From positions 64,001-128,000 of the forward strand of contig DAIDBH010000006.1 of NCBI GenBank assembly GCA_027310185.1: a stretch of 64,000 nt of DNA, written 5' to 3'. The position numbers were made by a program, and so were the translations under genes. The notes beneath the pieces were generated by a model, which was not told where the DNA came from, did not search any database, and was given only the letters and a program-made list of their open reading frames with translations. This stretch comes from Thermoplasmatales archaeon. Its GTDB lineage: Archaea; Thermoplasmatota; Thermoplasmata; Thermoplasmatales; Thermoplasmataceae. This document shows positions 50,231 to 61,501 of the stretch, piece after piece (the first letter of the stretch is position 1; each line of letters starts with the position of its first letter).

Positions 50231-51576
50231 TTCAACCCTCTCGCTTTATCAATTTCTGACTGAACGGATTCATGTCTCAGCACCCTGCTTACAAAGTAAA
50301 AGCTGAATGGTACAACCAGGAAATAGAATATCATTATGGCTATTCCAAGTGGGATTATAGCAGATGAAGTATTTGCAGCAGACTGCACAGTCATGACATT
50401 GTAGATGATCCATGGCTGTCGACCAACCTCGTCTGTCACCCATCCACTGTCATATACGAGTATTAGAAGTAAGCCTGATACTATCATGCCATACAGACCA
50501 ATTTTGGTTGTTATTGATTTTTGTCTCAACAATCTCCATATGAGATACAATGCGAATAACCCTACCAGGAATCCGCCACCTACCATGGTGTCAAATGTCA
50601 GGTGAATGAAAAGTGGAGGCCACAAGCTCTGTGGGTACTGGTCTAACCCCGGTAACGTACCTTTTCCAAGTGTCTGCGGATAAGCAAGCAAACTTTGCAA
50701 TTTTGGTATGGTGATTGCATAAAGTATCTTGCCCGATACCAGGATCCCACCAAGTGTTTCTGCACCGCTTGTTTTACTGTGAAGATCCAGCTCAATTGCC
50801 GCGTATTTTAACGGTTGCAGAACTATGAGCTGTGAAGCAGCCAGGCTTCCAGTTATACCTGCTAATGCTATTGAAATAAGACCCACTGCTGCGACCAGTT
50901 TCAGTCCCTTTCTGTTAAAGATTCTTTCATCCTCGCTCTTTGCCCTCAGGAAACTGTATGCAAGATAGGCACCTATTAGGAAGACACCAGCGGTCACTGT
51001 CGCAGTAACGACGTGAAGGTCTTCATATAACACAGATGGTGCAGCTATAGCCGCCAGAGGATTAATATCTGTTAATATGCCAGTCTTGAGGTAGTAAGGA
51101 ATGTTGAAGCCCGCAGGTGTGTTCATCCATGCGTTTATCATGGTTATGAAAACAGCAGACATCACAGTACCAACCGCAACCATCAATGATAGGACCCAGT
51201 GTTTATATCTGTTTTTGTAGAAATCCCAGTAGTAAAAATAGAGAACGAGACAGATAGATTCCAGAAGAAATGCAAATACCTCATAATAGAAGGGTAGGAT
51301 ATCGACCTTTCCGACAACAACCATAAAGCTAGGCCATAGAGCAAACAGTTCAACTGCAAGAACCGTTCCACTTGCAGTTCCTATTGCAAAAAATATGACA
51401 AGTGCGATCGTCAACCTCCTGGCTAATGCTTCATAGTATGGGTCTTTCCTCCTTATCCCGATATACTCAGCCAGTGATACAATAATACTGAGCCCTATAC
51501 TCATCGTTACGATCAGTATATGAGACGCAAGGGTAAATCCCATAAGGAAACGGTCGAAGTTGACTATGAAGGTCAT
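50227..51576 (-). CDS. cydA: Cytochrome bd oxidase subunit I (copy 2)
   Basis: ASHIL, GTASG, NAWMNTP, QPLKYAAIE, GWVTDEVGRQPW. Confidence 0.93.
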   Translation of the reverse strand: MTFIVNFDRFLMGFTLASHILIVTMSIGLSIIVSLAEYIGIRRKDPYYEALARRLTIALVIFFAIGTASGTVLAVELFALWPSFMVVVGKVDILPFYYEVFAFLLESICLVLYFYYWDFYKNRYKHWVLSLMVAVGTVMSAVFITMINAWMNTPAGFNIPYYLKTGILTDINPLAAIAAPSVLYEDLHVVTATVTAGVFLIGAYLAYSFLRAKSEDERIFNRKGLKLVAAVGLISIALAGITGSLAASQLIVLQPLKYAAIELDLHSKTSGAETLGGILVSGKILYAITIPKLQSLLAYPQTLGKGTLPGLDQYPQSLWPPLFIHLTFDTMVGGGFLVGLFALYLIWRLLRQKSITTKIGLYGMIVSGLLLILVYDSGWVTDEVGRQPWIIYNVMTVQSAANTSSAIIPLGIAIMIFYFLVVPFSFYFVSRVLRHESVQSEIDKARGLK

Positions 51577-51951
51577 AAAAAATTATAGCACTAAACCATA
51601 CTTAAATCCTTTGTTGATAAATTATATTTTATAAAAGATAAAAAATTTTTGACTTATACTAATTTTAATGTAAAACTTATTAACCATGGGATTTTTTGGC
51701 TTGGAAAATTTAAAAGGAAATGATGAACATTGATACGGACTATGGTTGTCACAATCTTTGATCGTTTCTGTATTTTTTCTTAAAATTAATTCTCACGATA
51801 TTATATGCTGGTTACTATTATTATTTATCTAACCTATATAGAAAATATTTGTTATGTAAATAAACATTGCCTGCATCCTTTTTCCAGAAAATGTTAAATG
51901 TTCTAAAATTTTGCTGCGATAGTATAAATATACTCAAGTATTTGACTGAAT

Positions 51952-52350
51952 ATGTCTCCTGACTCAAGACTCCGAACACTCATAGAATCAGATAATTTCA
52001 TGAAAAATTTCAAAATTGAAATCCTATCAGAGAGAAATGGTGAAGTTACCCTGAAAATCCTCCTAGAAGATAGATTCATGAGGATGGGAGAAGTTGTTAA
52101 CGGAGGCATAATTGCCGGCCTGTTTGATATTTCCGGCGCCCTTTCTGTATTCACCATTCCGGACGTATTCAATGCATTCACACTTTCACTTAATGTCACG
52201 TTTCTCACGCCACTCAGCGGAGATTACTGTACGGTAACGTCCAGAGTCAAGAGAGAAGGTGGAAGACACGCGTTTATTGAGATGGCTATCGATGACCAGA
52301 ATGAAAATACGGTCGCAACTGCACACGGAATATGGGCTATATCAAGGTGA
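51952..52350 (+). CDS. PaaI-family hot-dog thioesterase
   Basis: VVNGGIIAGLFD, TLSLNVTFLTP. Confidence 0.85.
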   Translation: MSPDSRLRTLIESDNFMKNFKIEILSERNGEVTLKILLEDRFMRMGEVVNGGIIAGLFDISGALSVFTIPDVFNAFTLSLNVTFLTPLSGDYCTVTSRVKREGGRHAFIEMAIDDQNENTVATAHGIWAISR

Positions 52351-52356
52351 TACTTA

Positions 52357-53523
52357 ATGGAAAGCAATGATCTTCTCAGTGGAAAAAATATAGTGATGAT
52401 TGTTAGTGGCAGTATATCTGCTTATAGAACACCTGACATTATCAGGGACCTGAAAAGAAGTGGTGCCAGGGTAAAGGTTATACTATCCAGTAGCGCAGAA
52501 CAGATCATTGGGAGAGAAGCGATGGAATGGGCATCAGAAGAACCTGTCATAACTTCCCTGACAGGCAATATGGAACATATCAGTCTATTCGACGGTGACA
52601 GGGAGAACACTGTTCTTCTTGTATGCCCTGCAACATACAATATGATCGGCAAATTTGCAGGTGGAATAGCTGATGACACTGCAAGTACAGTATTCGCAAA
52701 CGCTCTGGGTACCATGATAAGAACTGTAATTGTACCCGCAATGCACATGGAAATGTATGAGAGTCCTGTTCTAAGAGAAAATATGCTTAAACTCAAAGGT
52801 TACGGTGTTGATTTTGTTTCTCCAAGAGTTGAGGACGGAAAAGCCAAGCTAATGTGGTCGGAAGAAATAATAGACACAATCCTTAGACGTGGTAATAATA
52901 ATAGGACAATATTGATTGTTTCAGGGAAAAGCGAAGTTGCCATTGATCCGGTTAGATCATTGACAAACAGTAGTTCTGGATATACAGGCATATGCATGGC
53001 AAGAGAGGCATACAGGGATGGATACGACAGGATAATTTATGTGGGCAATTCTGAATACAGGATTCCATATTACTGCGAATTTGTGAAATGTAACCAGACA
53101 GATGAATATTACAAGATAGCAGAGGAACTGGTAAGGAACCAGAAAATTGACCTCATAGTAATTCCTGCAGCACTTTCAGATTTTACAGTCGAAAAAAGAG
53201 ATGAAAAGATCAGTAGTAATGAATCTGTTTCTCTGGTTATGAAACCGAGGGAGAAGCTTGTGGATAGTATAGAAGGAATCATGAAGAGTTTCAAGCTTCA
53301 CGTTCCAATAATCAGGTTCAAGCTTACAGATAGGAAATATGTGCCTGAAACACCAGATCAGGTTACAGTTGTGAATATGGTTCAGGAAAAACCATTTGGA
53401 GTCAAAATGAACAGATACGTCATTTATGATGGAGAAAAAAAATTAATGGAAAAAGATATGGGAAAGGAAGAGTTGGCATCAATTCTGATAAAAATAGGTG
53501 ATGGTATCATTGAAAAACATTGA
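52357..53523 (+). CDS. coaBC: Phosphopantothenoylcysteine decarboxylase/synthetase
   Basis: SGSISAYR, EHI, PATYNMIGK, PAMH, IDPVRSLTNSSSGYTG, AALSDF. Confidence 0.9.
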   Translation: MESNDLLSGKNIVMIVSGSISAYRTPDIIRDLKRSGARVKVILSSSAEQIIGREAMEWASEEPVITSLTGNMEHISLFDGDRENTVLLVCPATYNMIGKFAGGIADDTASTVFANALGTMIRTVIVPAMHMEMYESPVLRENMLKLKGYGVDFVSPRVEDGKAKLMWSEEIIDTILRRGNNNRTILIVSGKSEVAIDPVRSLTNSSSGYTGICMAREAYRDGYDRIIYVGNSEYRIPYYCEFVKCNQTDEYYKIAEELVRNQKIDLIVIPAALSDFTVEKRDEKISSNESVSLVMKPREKLVDSIEGIMKSFKLHVPIIRFKLTDRKYVPETPDQVTVVNMVQEKPFGVKMNRYVIYDGEKKLMEKDMGKEELASILIKIGDGIIEKH

Positions 53524-54268
53524 GATTACAGGATACCAGCTGGAATTGATGAAAAAGGAAGAATTCCTTGAAAGATCAGGTGATATATCGGGTGAATTCA
53601 TAAGAAACTCTTTTGTGGTGTTTCCTGAGAGATTTATAATTGATCCAGTAGATGAACAGAGCGATTCTGAACTTTTTTACAGACTGGAGGAAATGTCAAG
53701 GAGAGTAACTCTCATAGCAGGCTCACTCATTGTGAGGGAGAGGGGAAATTTATACAATAGGTCATACGTTTATCACAGAGGAAAAATGATTGGATACCAG
53801 GACAAGATAGTGCCATTCAACAGGGAAAAATCAAGGATCACGCCAGGAAGAGTGATCAAGGTTTTCTCATGTGAGGATATAACATTCTCTGTGCCAGTTT
53901 GCTATGATCTGGACTTTCCGTTCTTCTCAAAGATCAGCTCAATGAACGGTGCCAGAATAATATTCAACCCATCCCTGATTCGAAGGGACTTCCATGATGA
54001 ATGGCACCAGTACATGGTTACAAGGGCACTGGAAAACAGGATTGCAGTTTTATCTGTGAATTCACTTACTGAACAGTTCAACGGGGACTCCATATTTGTC
54101 CAGACCTATGTGGAAGATGATGGTGTTAGAATTACTAGGACAGATTTAGGAAAGGAAAGAAGAAAGAGTCTTACGTTCATCCCGGGAAATATAAATGCCA
54201 AATTCATTCAGAGGCACGAGGAAGACCCAGGTATTTATTCATTCCCCGTCAAGAAAATTAACTACTGA
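53498..54268 (+). CDS. Carbon-nitrogen hydrolase (nitrilase family)
   Basis: Triad contexts VFPE, QDK, VCYD; RALEN. Confidence 0.85.
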   Translation: MMVSLKNIEITGYQLELMKKEEFLERSGDISGEFIRNSFVVFPERFIIDPVDEQSDSELFYRLEEMSRRVTLIAGSLIVRERGNLYNRSYVYHRGKMIGYQDKIVPFNREKSRITPGRVIKVFSCEDITFSVPVCYDLDFPFFSKISSMNGARIIFNPSLIRRDFHDEWHQYMVTRALENRIAVLSVNSLTEQFNGDSIFVQTYVEDDGVRITRTDLGKERRKSLTFIPGNINAKFIQRHEEDPGIYSFPVKKINY

Positions 54269-54946
54269 CTGGCAAACCTTTTCACTTGATGATACGTGAG
54301 GAGTATGCGTGCCATCCTTTATTATATTCAAGGTTGAACTTTTAATGTTTTGACTCATTCTGATCCCATATTCTAAGGGAATCATGTGATCTTCCTCTCC
54401 CCATATAATAAGTGTCCTTTTTCTTATGGTTGCTAACATTTTTTCGTCTATCTTGTCCCTTCCTCCCGTATTGTTTTCGACTATTTCCCTCATGATTTCC
54501 ATGTCATTCCCGGGACTTACCTTTTCCAGCCTGAGCATGAATTTTTCTACACTCTCCTGACCCTGATCACCAACCGTTGGGTTGGTCCCGGCGTTATCAA
54601 TAAGTATCAATCCCTGAGAATCACCATATTTAATTTCGTAGTAAAGAGCGACCCAGCCCCCATATGAATTACCACCAATGAAGAACTCCTTCACGCCGAG
54701 ACCTTCTATTAGATCGTGGATCATTTCGGCCTGGTCAGAAACCTTAATGTCGTGGTTCTTTACTGAATGCCCGTGACCAAGTAGGTCGGGTAAAATAACA
54801 CCGTATTTTTCTGGTATACATGATGATATTTTCATGAAATTGTTGCCCAGACCTCCAAGGCCGTGCAAAAGTATGATGTATTTTTCGCCCTCCCTGAAGA
54901 GAAAGGAGACTTTTCCATGAGAAGTTTGCAGGGTATGTCTGTACAT
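54239..54946 (-). CDS. Alpha/beta hydrolase
   Basis: LLHGLGG, DLLGHG, GNSYGG, WGEED, GTH. Confidence 0.9.
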   Translation of the reverse strand: MYRHTLQTSHGKVSFLFREGEKYIILLHGLGGLGNNFMKISSCIPEKYGVILPDLLGHGHSVKNHDIKVSDQAEMIHDLIEGLGVKEFFIGGNSYGGWVALYYEIKYGDSQGLILIDNAGTNPTVGDQGQESVEKFMLRLEKVSPGNDMEIMREIVENNTGGRDKIDEKMLATIRKRTLIIWGEEDHMIPLEYGIRMSQNIKSSTLNIIKDGTHTPHVSSSEKVCQSVVNFLDGE

Positions 54947-55086
54947 ATTAAAACCTTATGTAATCATGGGCTTAAATTCAATACTTATTCCTAACATATA
55001 TATTTTATAAGTAATAAATATTATTTTTCAACCAATCCGGGTTATTGCCTACTGAACCTTTATAAGTCAGGAACGATGATTGCATT

Positions 55087-57762
55087 ATGAAAGAACAGGG
55101 AAACAAGTATATCTATACTTTTGAGGAAGGAGGAAAGGATATGGCTGGCCTTCTGGGTGGGAAGGGTGCAGGACTTGCAGAAATGAAGAAGCTGGGTTTG
55201 AATGTTCCAGATGGTTTCACAATAACAACGAAGGCATGCATCGCATTTCAGAAAAGCAATAAGATGCCGGATGGACTTAACGATTCTGTAAGGGAAAACA
55301 TGAAAATCCTTGAAACAAAGACAGGAAAGGGTTTTGGAAGTGAGAAAAATCCATTGCTGGTCTCAGTCAGATCGGGAGCACCCATAAGCATGCCTGGAAT
55401 GATGGACACAATCCTGAATGTGGGACTGAACGACAGGTCTTTAAAAGGGCTTTCCGACTCCACCAAAAACAGGAGATTTGCGATGGATTCATACAGGAGG
55501 CTCAAGCAGATGTTTGGAACAGTCGTCTATAACCTGCCACATGATGAATTTGAGGAAATTATACAGGAAAAGAAGGAGAAGTATGGAAGGAAAAATGATA
55601 CAGAATTGAAGGCGGATGAACTGGAGGAGATAGGAAAGGAATTCGATGAAGTCTACAGGAAACACGGGAAGACGTTTCCACAGGACCCTGAAAAACAGCT
55701 CTTTCTATCAATAGAAGCCGTTTTCAATTCTTGGAATTCCCCCCGGGCAATAGCTTACAGGGAAATCAATAAGATAAGCAATGATCTTGGAACTGCAGTT
55801 AATATTGTAAGCATGGTCTTTGGAAACACTGGTAACAACTCCGCAACGGGAGTGGCATTCACCAGAAACCCCAATACGGGAGAAAAGGAACTTTTCGGCG
55901 AATACCTGCTGAATGCTCAGGGTGAAGATGTTGTTGCCGGTATCAGAACACCGAAAAAAATTACTGAACTGCAGAAACAGCTGCCTGATGCCTACAGTGA
56001 TTTTATCAGGTCTGCTGAAATCCTTGAGAAAAATTACAGGGACATGCAGGACATGGAATTTACAATTGAGAATGGAAAATTCTTTATGCTACAGACAAGG
56101 AATGGGAAGAGAAGTGCAAGGGCAACCGTGAGGATAGCAGTTGAGATGGCGAAGGAGGGACTGATAACAATGGAAGAAGCAGTTCTGAGAGTCTCGCCTG
56201 AAACACTTGACATACTGTTCCATCCACAGGTAAAGAAGAGTGGGAAGGAAAAGGTTCTGGGACATGGACTTGCAGCTTCACCTGGAGCGGCCATTGGACA
56301 GATAGTTTTCTCTTCGGACAGGGCAGTGGAACTCTCAAAGAACAGGGTTAAGGTAATTCTGGTAAGGCCCGAAACCACAGCGGATGATGTGAGAGGGATG
56401 TCGGTATCTGAAGGTTTCCTGACACAGAAAGGAGGCATGACTTCACACGCAGCGGTCGTTTCAAGAGCCATGGGTAAACCTGCCGTTGTTGGTGTGGAAT
56501 CCATGAAGGTTAATGTCAGGGAAAAGTCCCTTACCATAGATGGGACCATTCTCAGGGAAGGAGATATCATAACAGTGGACGGGACAAATGGGGAATTCCT
56601 TCTCGGTGTTACAGATCTTGAAGAGTCACAGGTGGGTGAACATATAGAAGTTCTTTTGAAGTGGTCGGATTCATACAGAAGACTTGGAATAAGATCTAAT
56701 GCCAATACCCCTGAAGAGGCAATAATTGCACGCAGGAATGGTGGCGAGGGTATTGGCCTTGCCAGGACTGAGAGAATGTTCCTGGGCGGTGACAGGATAG
56801 AGATAATGAGATCAATGATAATGAGCAAAAACGCTGAAGACCGGCAGTTCAACCTCACCAAGCTCCTTCCAATGCAGATTTCAGATTTTACAGAATTCTT
56901 CAGGACGATGGAGGGTTTTCCGGTGATTATAAGACTGCTTGATCCACCTCTACACGAGTTCCTTCCAGATAAGGAAGAGGTGCTTAACAGGATATATTCA
57001 CTGAAGATAAAAATGATAAAGGCGAGTGAATTGAAGGAAATTGATGAGATAATGGCCAGCATAAACCGGGAGAATGAAATGCTGGGTGTTATAAGATCTC
57101 TGGAGGAATTCAATCCAATGCTAGGGTTCAGGGGATGCAGACTGGGAATAAGCTTCCCTGAGATTTACGAGATGCAAGTGAGGGCAATTATAAGAGCTGC
57201 AATAAACGTGATGAGTGAGGGAAAGAAGATCATACCTGAGATAATGATACCCCTTGTTGGAACTGAGAAAGAATTATCAATTCTCAGGGAAAGATTGGAG
57301 AAAGTGGCCCTAGACGAAAAAGGCCATTACAATATCAACTATAAATTTGGAACAATGATAGAAATCCCAAGGGCGTGCATAGTTGCAGATAAGATAGCCT
57401 CATACGCAGATTTCTTCTCATTTGGCACAAATGATCTCACGCAGATGACCTTTGGATATAGCAGGGATGATGCCGAGGGAAAGTTCATGGCAAAATATCT
57501 CGAAGAAAAAATAGTGCCCAATGATCCATTCCGGACTGTGGATGTCGAAGGTGTTGGCGAACTCATGAAGATGGCAGTGGAGAGAGGGAGGAAGGGAAAC
57601 AAAAGCCTGGAAATTGGCATATGTGGAGAGCAGGGCGGAGACCCTGAAACAATAGAGTTCTGTCATAAAATTGGTCTTGATTATGTTTCCGCCTCCCCAT
57701 ACAGGATTCCGATTGCAAGATTGTCAGCTGCGCGGGCAGCTTTGAAGGATAAGAAGAAATAA
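55087..57762 (+). CDS. ppdK: Pyruvate, phosphate dikinase
   Basis: LGGKGAGL, SVRSGA, SMPGMMDT, GGMTSHAAVV, FSFGTNDLTQ, GICGE. Confidence 0.97.
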   Translation: MKEQGNKYIYTFEEGGKDMAGLLGGKGAGLAEMKKLGLNVPDGFTITTKACIAFQKSNKMPDGLNDSVRENMKILETKTGKGFGSEKNPLLVSVRSGAPISMPGMMDTILNVGLNDRSLKGLSDSTKNRRFAMDSYRRLKQMFGTVVYNLPHDEFEEIIQEKKEKYGRKNDTELKADELEEIGKEFDEVYRKHGKTFPQDPEKQLFLSIEAVFNSWNSPRAIAYREINKISNDLGTAVNIVSMVFGNTGNNSATGVAFTRNPNTGEKELFGEYLLNAQGEDVVAGIRTPKKITELQKQLPDAYSDFIRSAEILEKNYRDMQDMEFTIENGKFFMLQTRNGKRSARATVRIAVEMAKEGLITMEEAVLRVSPETLDILFHPQVKKSGKEKVLGHGLAASPGAAIGQIVFSSDRAVELSKNRVKVILVRPETTADDVRGMSVSEGFLTQKGGMTSHAAVVSRAMGKPAVVGVESMKVNVREKSLTIDGTILREGDIITVDGTNGEFLLGVTDLEESQVGEHIEVLLKWSDSYRRLGIRSNANTPEEAIIARRNGGEGIGLARTERMFLGGDRIEIMRSMIMSKNAEDRQFNLTKLLPMQISDFTEFFRTMEGFPVIIRLLDPPLHEFLPDKEEVLNRIYSLKIKMIKASELKEIDEIMASINRENEMLGVIRSLEEFNPMLGFRGCRLGISFPEIYEMQVRAIIRAAINVMSEGKKIIPEIMIPLVGTEKELSILRERLEKVALDEKGHYNINYKFGTMIEIPRACIVADKIASYADFFSFGTNDLTQMTFGYSRDDAEGKFMAKYLEEKIVPNDPFRTVDVEGVGELMKMAVERGRKGNKSLEIGICGEQGGDPETIEFCHKIGLDYVSASPYRIPIARLSAARAALKDKKK

Positions 57763-57772
57763 TTAAAATAAT

Positions 57773-58498
57773 TTAATTTTCTTCAATTTCCCTTAGTATA
57801 TCGCATCCACGATCGGAAAGGAATGTATCGATCTCCATTGTCCTCAGCACATTCAGCTCATTTTTATCGTTTATTGTCCAGGGAATAATTTTTTTCCCCA
57901 GTTTGTTAAGTCCACTATATTCTGGATAATTTAGCAGGGAGAACTGCGGCAGGATGCAGTCTATAAATCCCGGTACCTTGGATTTCAACATACTATCCAG
58001 CATTATTCTGGTTTCCTCAGCCACATCCAGTCCCGTTCTATAATTAAGGTTCATCTCCTTCATTTCCCTAATGGCCACAACATCAAAGGAGATCAGGATC
58101 AGGTTCTCCTTGCTGAAATTTTGTAGAGTGTTGTGAAGAACCGCCTCCAGACCTTCATTTATCCTGTTCCCAAATTCGTCCCTTGTCTTTAGTTCTATGA
58201 ATATCTTCATGTCCTGAAATTTCTTCAGTACATCGCTGAGCAAGGGAATCTTCTGATCGCTCCCCATGAGATCGAGTCGAGAAAGTTCGGAGAACGAATA
58301 ATCACTGACAGACCCTTCAGCGCCTGTCACTCTTTTTAGTGTGGAATCATGAAAGACAACAATTCTGCTATCTCGTGTAATCTGAACATCCAGTTCTATG
58401 CCAAACAAACCACAGTTTTTTGCCTGCTGAAACGACTCCATGCTGTTTTCAGGATGAGAAACAGGCACTCCCCTATGACCAACGATGTTGAAGTCCAT
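57773..58498 (-). CDS. Glycerophosphodiester phosphodiesterase
   Basis: GHRG, PENS, ELDV, VFHD, IELK, WTIN. Confidence 0.92.
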   Translation of the reverse strand: MDFNIVGHRGVPVSHPENSMESFQQAKNCGLFGIELDVQITRDSRIVVFHDSTLKRVTGAEGSVSDYSFSELSRLDLMGSDQKIPLLSDVLKKFQDMKIFIELKTRDEFGNRINEGLEAVLHNTLQNFSKENLILISFDVVAIREMKEMNLNYRTGLDVAEETRIMLDSMLKSKVPGFIDCILPQFSLLNYPEYSGLNKLGKKIIPWTINDKNELNVLRTMEIDTFLSDRGCDILREIEEN

Positions 58499-58556
58499 CT
58501 CAACCTAAATTCGAATACACTTAAAACATTTTATCCTGACTGGCTATTTCCCAAGC

Positions 58557-59921
58557 ATGCAAGATGTCATTATTCCTCATTTCAACAGGCAGTCAAGAGA
58601 GGATTGGATAAGGACTCAGGATGGGAATATTTTTGATGTTGCCATAATAGGTGGGGGGATCACCGGGGCGGGTGTTGCCAATATTCTTTCCCAAAATGGC
58701 ATAAAGGTCATCTTACTTGAACGAAATGATTTTGGTTCTGGAACAAGTTCTGGATCTTCGAAACTCATACATGGTGGATTGAGATATCTTGCAGAATTAA
58801 GGTTCCGTGAAGTGAAAATATTACTAAAAGAAAGAGATTATCTAGCAAAAAATACTGATATCGTAAAATATATGAATTTCAGGATCCTTATTGATCCGTA
58901 CTCGTGGAAGAAGTGGACCATGAGAACTGGACTTTTTATCTACAATATTCTTAGCAGACGGATAAAAGTACCGAAGATGAGGAAAAATAATGGAGAATAC
59001 GGAAAAGAAGTCAGGGGGTATTTCACCTACATGGATGCTTTCTCTGATGACTGCAGACTGACCATATATAACATTGCATCCTCTGTCAGGCACGGAGCAA
59101 AATGCCTCAATTACTGTGAAGTTCAGACAGTCAGCCTCGCGGGAAATGGTGTTGAACTTGGTGTTCTGGATAAAGCAGGAAACAGAAAATTCAAGGTTAG
59201 GGCAGGAATATGCATAAACGCTGCCGGCCCATGGTCCGGTAATGTTTATAAGAATCTGGAAAATGGTGATAACGTTAGACTTAAATTAAGCAAGGGCGTT
59301 CACATTGTTGTACCCCGGGAAAAAGCCCCTACTGAGGATGCAATAGTTTTCAGGAGTCACCTGGACAGAAGACAGATGTTCATAATACCGAGAGGAGAAG
59401 TAACAATTATAGGTACAACGGATAATTTTGTTGATGATCCCGATGATTTCAATGTCTCAGATAAAGACGTAGATTATATAATTAAAAGTGCCCAACGTAT
59501 TTTTAGGGATCTGGAAAGAAATGACATCACCTATTCCTATGCAGGAATCAGGCCTTTATATGGGAATGGCGATGATCCTGGGTCCATATCAAGAGGGTTG
59601 ACTATCATGCATGACGAACATTTCATTAACATATTTGGTGGAAAGCTAACAGATTACAGGTCAGCAGCAAGAAAGGTCGCAAGGGTATATGAAAAATTAA
59701 GTGGCAGGAAGATTAGTTTAAAAAACATGCCAGTGATTGATTACAGCAGGCCTGAACTTACTGGTGAAGAGCTTTACAGGTATGAAATGGAATACGAATG
59801 TGCAATGTTTCCAGAAGACATTACTAGGAGGAGAGAAGCTTTCGATGTTTATAGGAAGGATAGGGGAGTCTCTGAGCACGAAATTATTAATAGAATAATG
59901 GGAGTGAAAAAAACGCAATAA
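58557..59921 (+). CDS. glpD: FAD-dependent glycerol-3-phosphate dehydrogenase/oxidase
   Basis: GGGITG, GTSSGSSKLIHGGLRYL, SKGVH, GTTD, AGIRPL, GGKLTDYR. Confidence 0.88.
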   Translation: MQDVIIPHFNRQSREDWIRTQDGNIFDVAIIGGGITGAGVANILSQNGIKVILLERNDFGSGTSSGSSKLIHGGLRYLAELRFREVKILLKERDYLAKNTDIVKYMNFRILIDPYSWKKWTMRTGLFIYNILSRRIKVPKMRKNNGEYGKEVRGYFTYMDAFSDDCRLTIYNIASSVRHGAKCLNYCEVQTVSLAGNGVELGVLDKAGNRKFKVRAGICINAAGPWSGNVYKNLENGDNVRLKLSKGVHIVVPREKAPTEDAIVFRSHLDRRQMFIIPRGEVTIIGTTDNFVDDPDDFNVSDKDVDYIIKSAQRIFRDLERNDITYSYAGIRPLYGNGDDPGSISRGLTIMHDEHFINIFGGKLTDYRSAARKVARVYEKLSGRKISLKNMPVIDYSRPELTGEELYRYEMEYECAMFPEDITRRREAFDVYRKDRGVSEHEIINRIMGVKKTQ

Positions 59922-59959
59922 AATTGACATTTTCTTACCTGTTTAAAAATCAAAAATAT

Positions 59960-61414
59960 TTAATTTTGGAAAAGCTGGTAGTTTGGCGGCTCAGAAACAA
60001 CTCTTATATCGTGTGGATGACTTTCCGTCAGTCCGTTGTTGGTAATTCGTACAAAAGATGTTTTCTGCTTCAGCTCCTGTATATTCTTACATCCAGCATA
60101 ACCCATTCCAGCCCTTATTCCACCTGAAAGCTGGTATATTACCTCTTCTACTTTGCCTCTATATGGGACAGCTCCCTCAACACCCTCAGCCACAAACTTG
60201 CTTCCTGAAAATTTACCGTATCGATCAGAGCCCTTGCTTAGTGCTCCCATGGAGCCCATGCCTCTGTATGTTTTATATTTTCTACCATTAATTATCATTT
60301 CGTTTCCCGGACTTTCGTCTGTACCGGCCAGTAATGATCCCAGCATAACGCAGTCTGCACCAGCTGCTATTGCCTTGACTATATCTCCGGAAAACCTGAT
60401 TCCACCATCTGCAATGATGGGAACTCCATATTCAGAAGCAACATCGGCTGCATCCCCTATGGCAGTTATTTGTGGAACACCGATACCGGCCACTACCCTA
60501 GTTGTACAGATTGAGCCTGGGCCGATACCTACTTTCAAGCCGTCCACATCGCATGAAATAAGATCTTTTGCTGCATCAGCAGTTGCAATATTTCCAACAA
60601 CAATGTCCACTGATAATTCCTTCTTCAGCTTTTTTATGGCCGTGAGTACATTTTCGTTGTGTGCATGAGCAGTATCTATAACAATAACATCTGCACCTTC
60701 CTTCTCCATGAGCAGTGCGCGATCAACATCAAAGGGTCCAACTGCTGCGCCGACCATGAGCTGCCCTTTTTCATCCCTTGAAGCCAGTGGAAATTTGTGC
60801 CTTGTTGTGATATCCTTCGATGTTATCAATCCAACGACCTTGTGATTTTTATCGACCAGTGGAAGTTTCTCTATCCTGTGATCATAAAGGATTTTCCTTG
60901 CATCTTCTGGATCTATATTATCATCAGCAAATACCACATCCTTTGTCATGATTTCCTTTACTTTCCCATCTTTCTTCTCTGAGAATTCCATATCCCTTTT
61001 AGTGACTATGCCAACGAGTCGTTCACCGACAACAACTGGAAATCCTGCGATTCCCTTTGTTTCCATTATGTTTCTTGCAACACTTATTGGTGTTTCCTGA
61101 TCAATCGTGTGGACATTCCTTATTATCAGTGATTCTGCCCTCTTTACCCTTCTTACCATTGTTGCCTCTTCATTTCTAGACATGTTTCTATGTATGATCC
61201 CAATGCCGCCTATTCTTGACATTGCAACGGCCATTTCCCATTCAGTTACGGTATCCATTGGTGAGGAGATTATTGGCGTGTTGAGTTTAATATGCTTTGA
61301 AAATACACTTTTTATTTCTGTTTCCCTAGGTTCAATAGGCGATCTTCTTGGCATTACCAGTACATCATCAAAAGTTAATCCTTCCTTTGCTTTAGAAAGT
61401 TTTTCTGTATACAT
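59960..61414 (-). CDS. guaB: IMP dehydrogenase
   Basis: [18 protein letters not shown] pair, [17 protein letters not shown]. Confidence 0.97.
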   Translation of the reverse strand: MYTEKLSKAKEGLTFDDVLVMPRRSPIEPRETEIKSVFSKHIKLNTPIISSPMDTVTEWEMAVAMSRIGGIGIIHRNMSRNEEATMVRRVKRAESLIIRNVHTIDQETPISVARNIMETKGIAGFPVVVGERLVGIVTKRDMEFSEKKDGKVKEIMTKDVVFADDNIDPEDARKILYDHRIEKLPLVDKNHKVVGLITSKDITTRHKFPLASRDEKGQLMVGAAVGPFDVDRALLMEKEGADVIVIDTAHAHNENVLTAIKKLKKELSVDIVVGNIATADAAKDLISCDVDGLKVGIGPGSICTTRVVAGIGVPQITAIGDAADVASEYGVPIIADGGIRFSGDIVKAIAAGADCVMLGSLLAGTDESPGNEMIINGRKYKTYRGMGSMGALSKGSDRYGKFSGSKFVAEGVEGAVPYRGKVEEVIYQLSGGIRAGMGYAGCKNIQELKQKTSFVRITNNGLTESHPHDIRVVSEPPNYQLFQN

Positions 61415-61501
61415 GTTGAGGTTAGAAAATATGAATATTTAAAACTTTATAAACTTATACGCTGTTTGCTTTTTCTCTTCCTGAATTTCCATTACAGATG
61501 G

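Noticed and set aside
56034-57113. 359-aa antisense ORF inside ppdK, and many similar 60-170-aa shadow ORFs
   Set aside because: Ser/Ile/Pro-rich mirrors of strongly conserved genes with no recognisable motifs.
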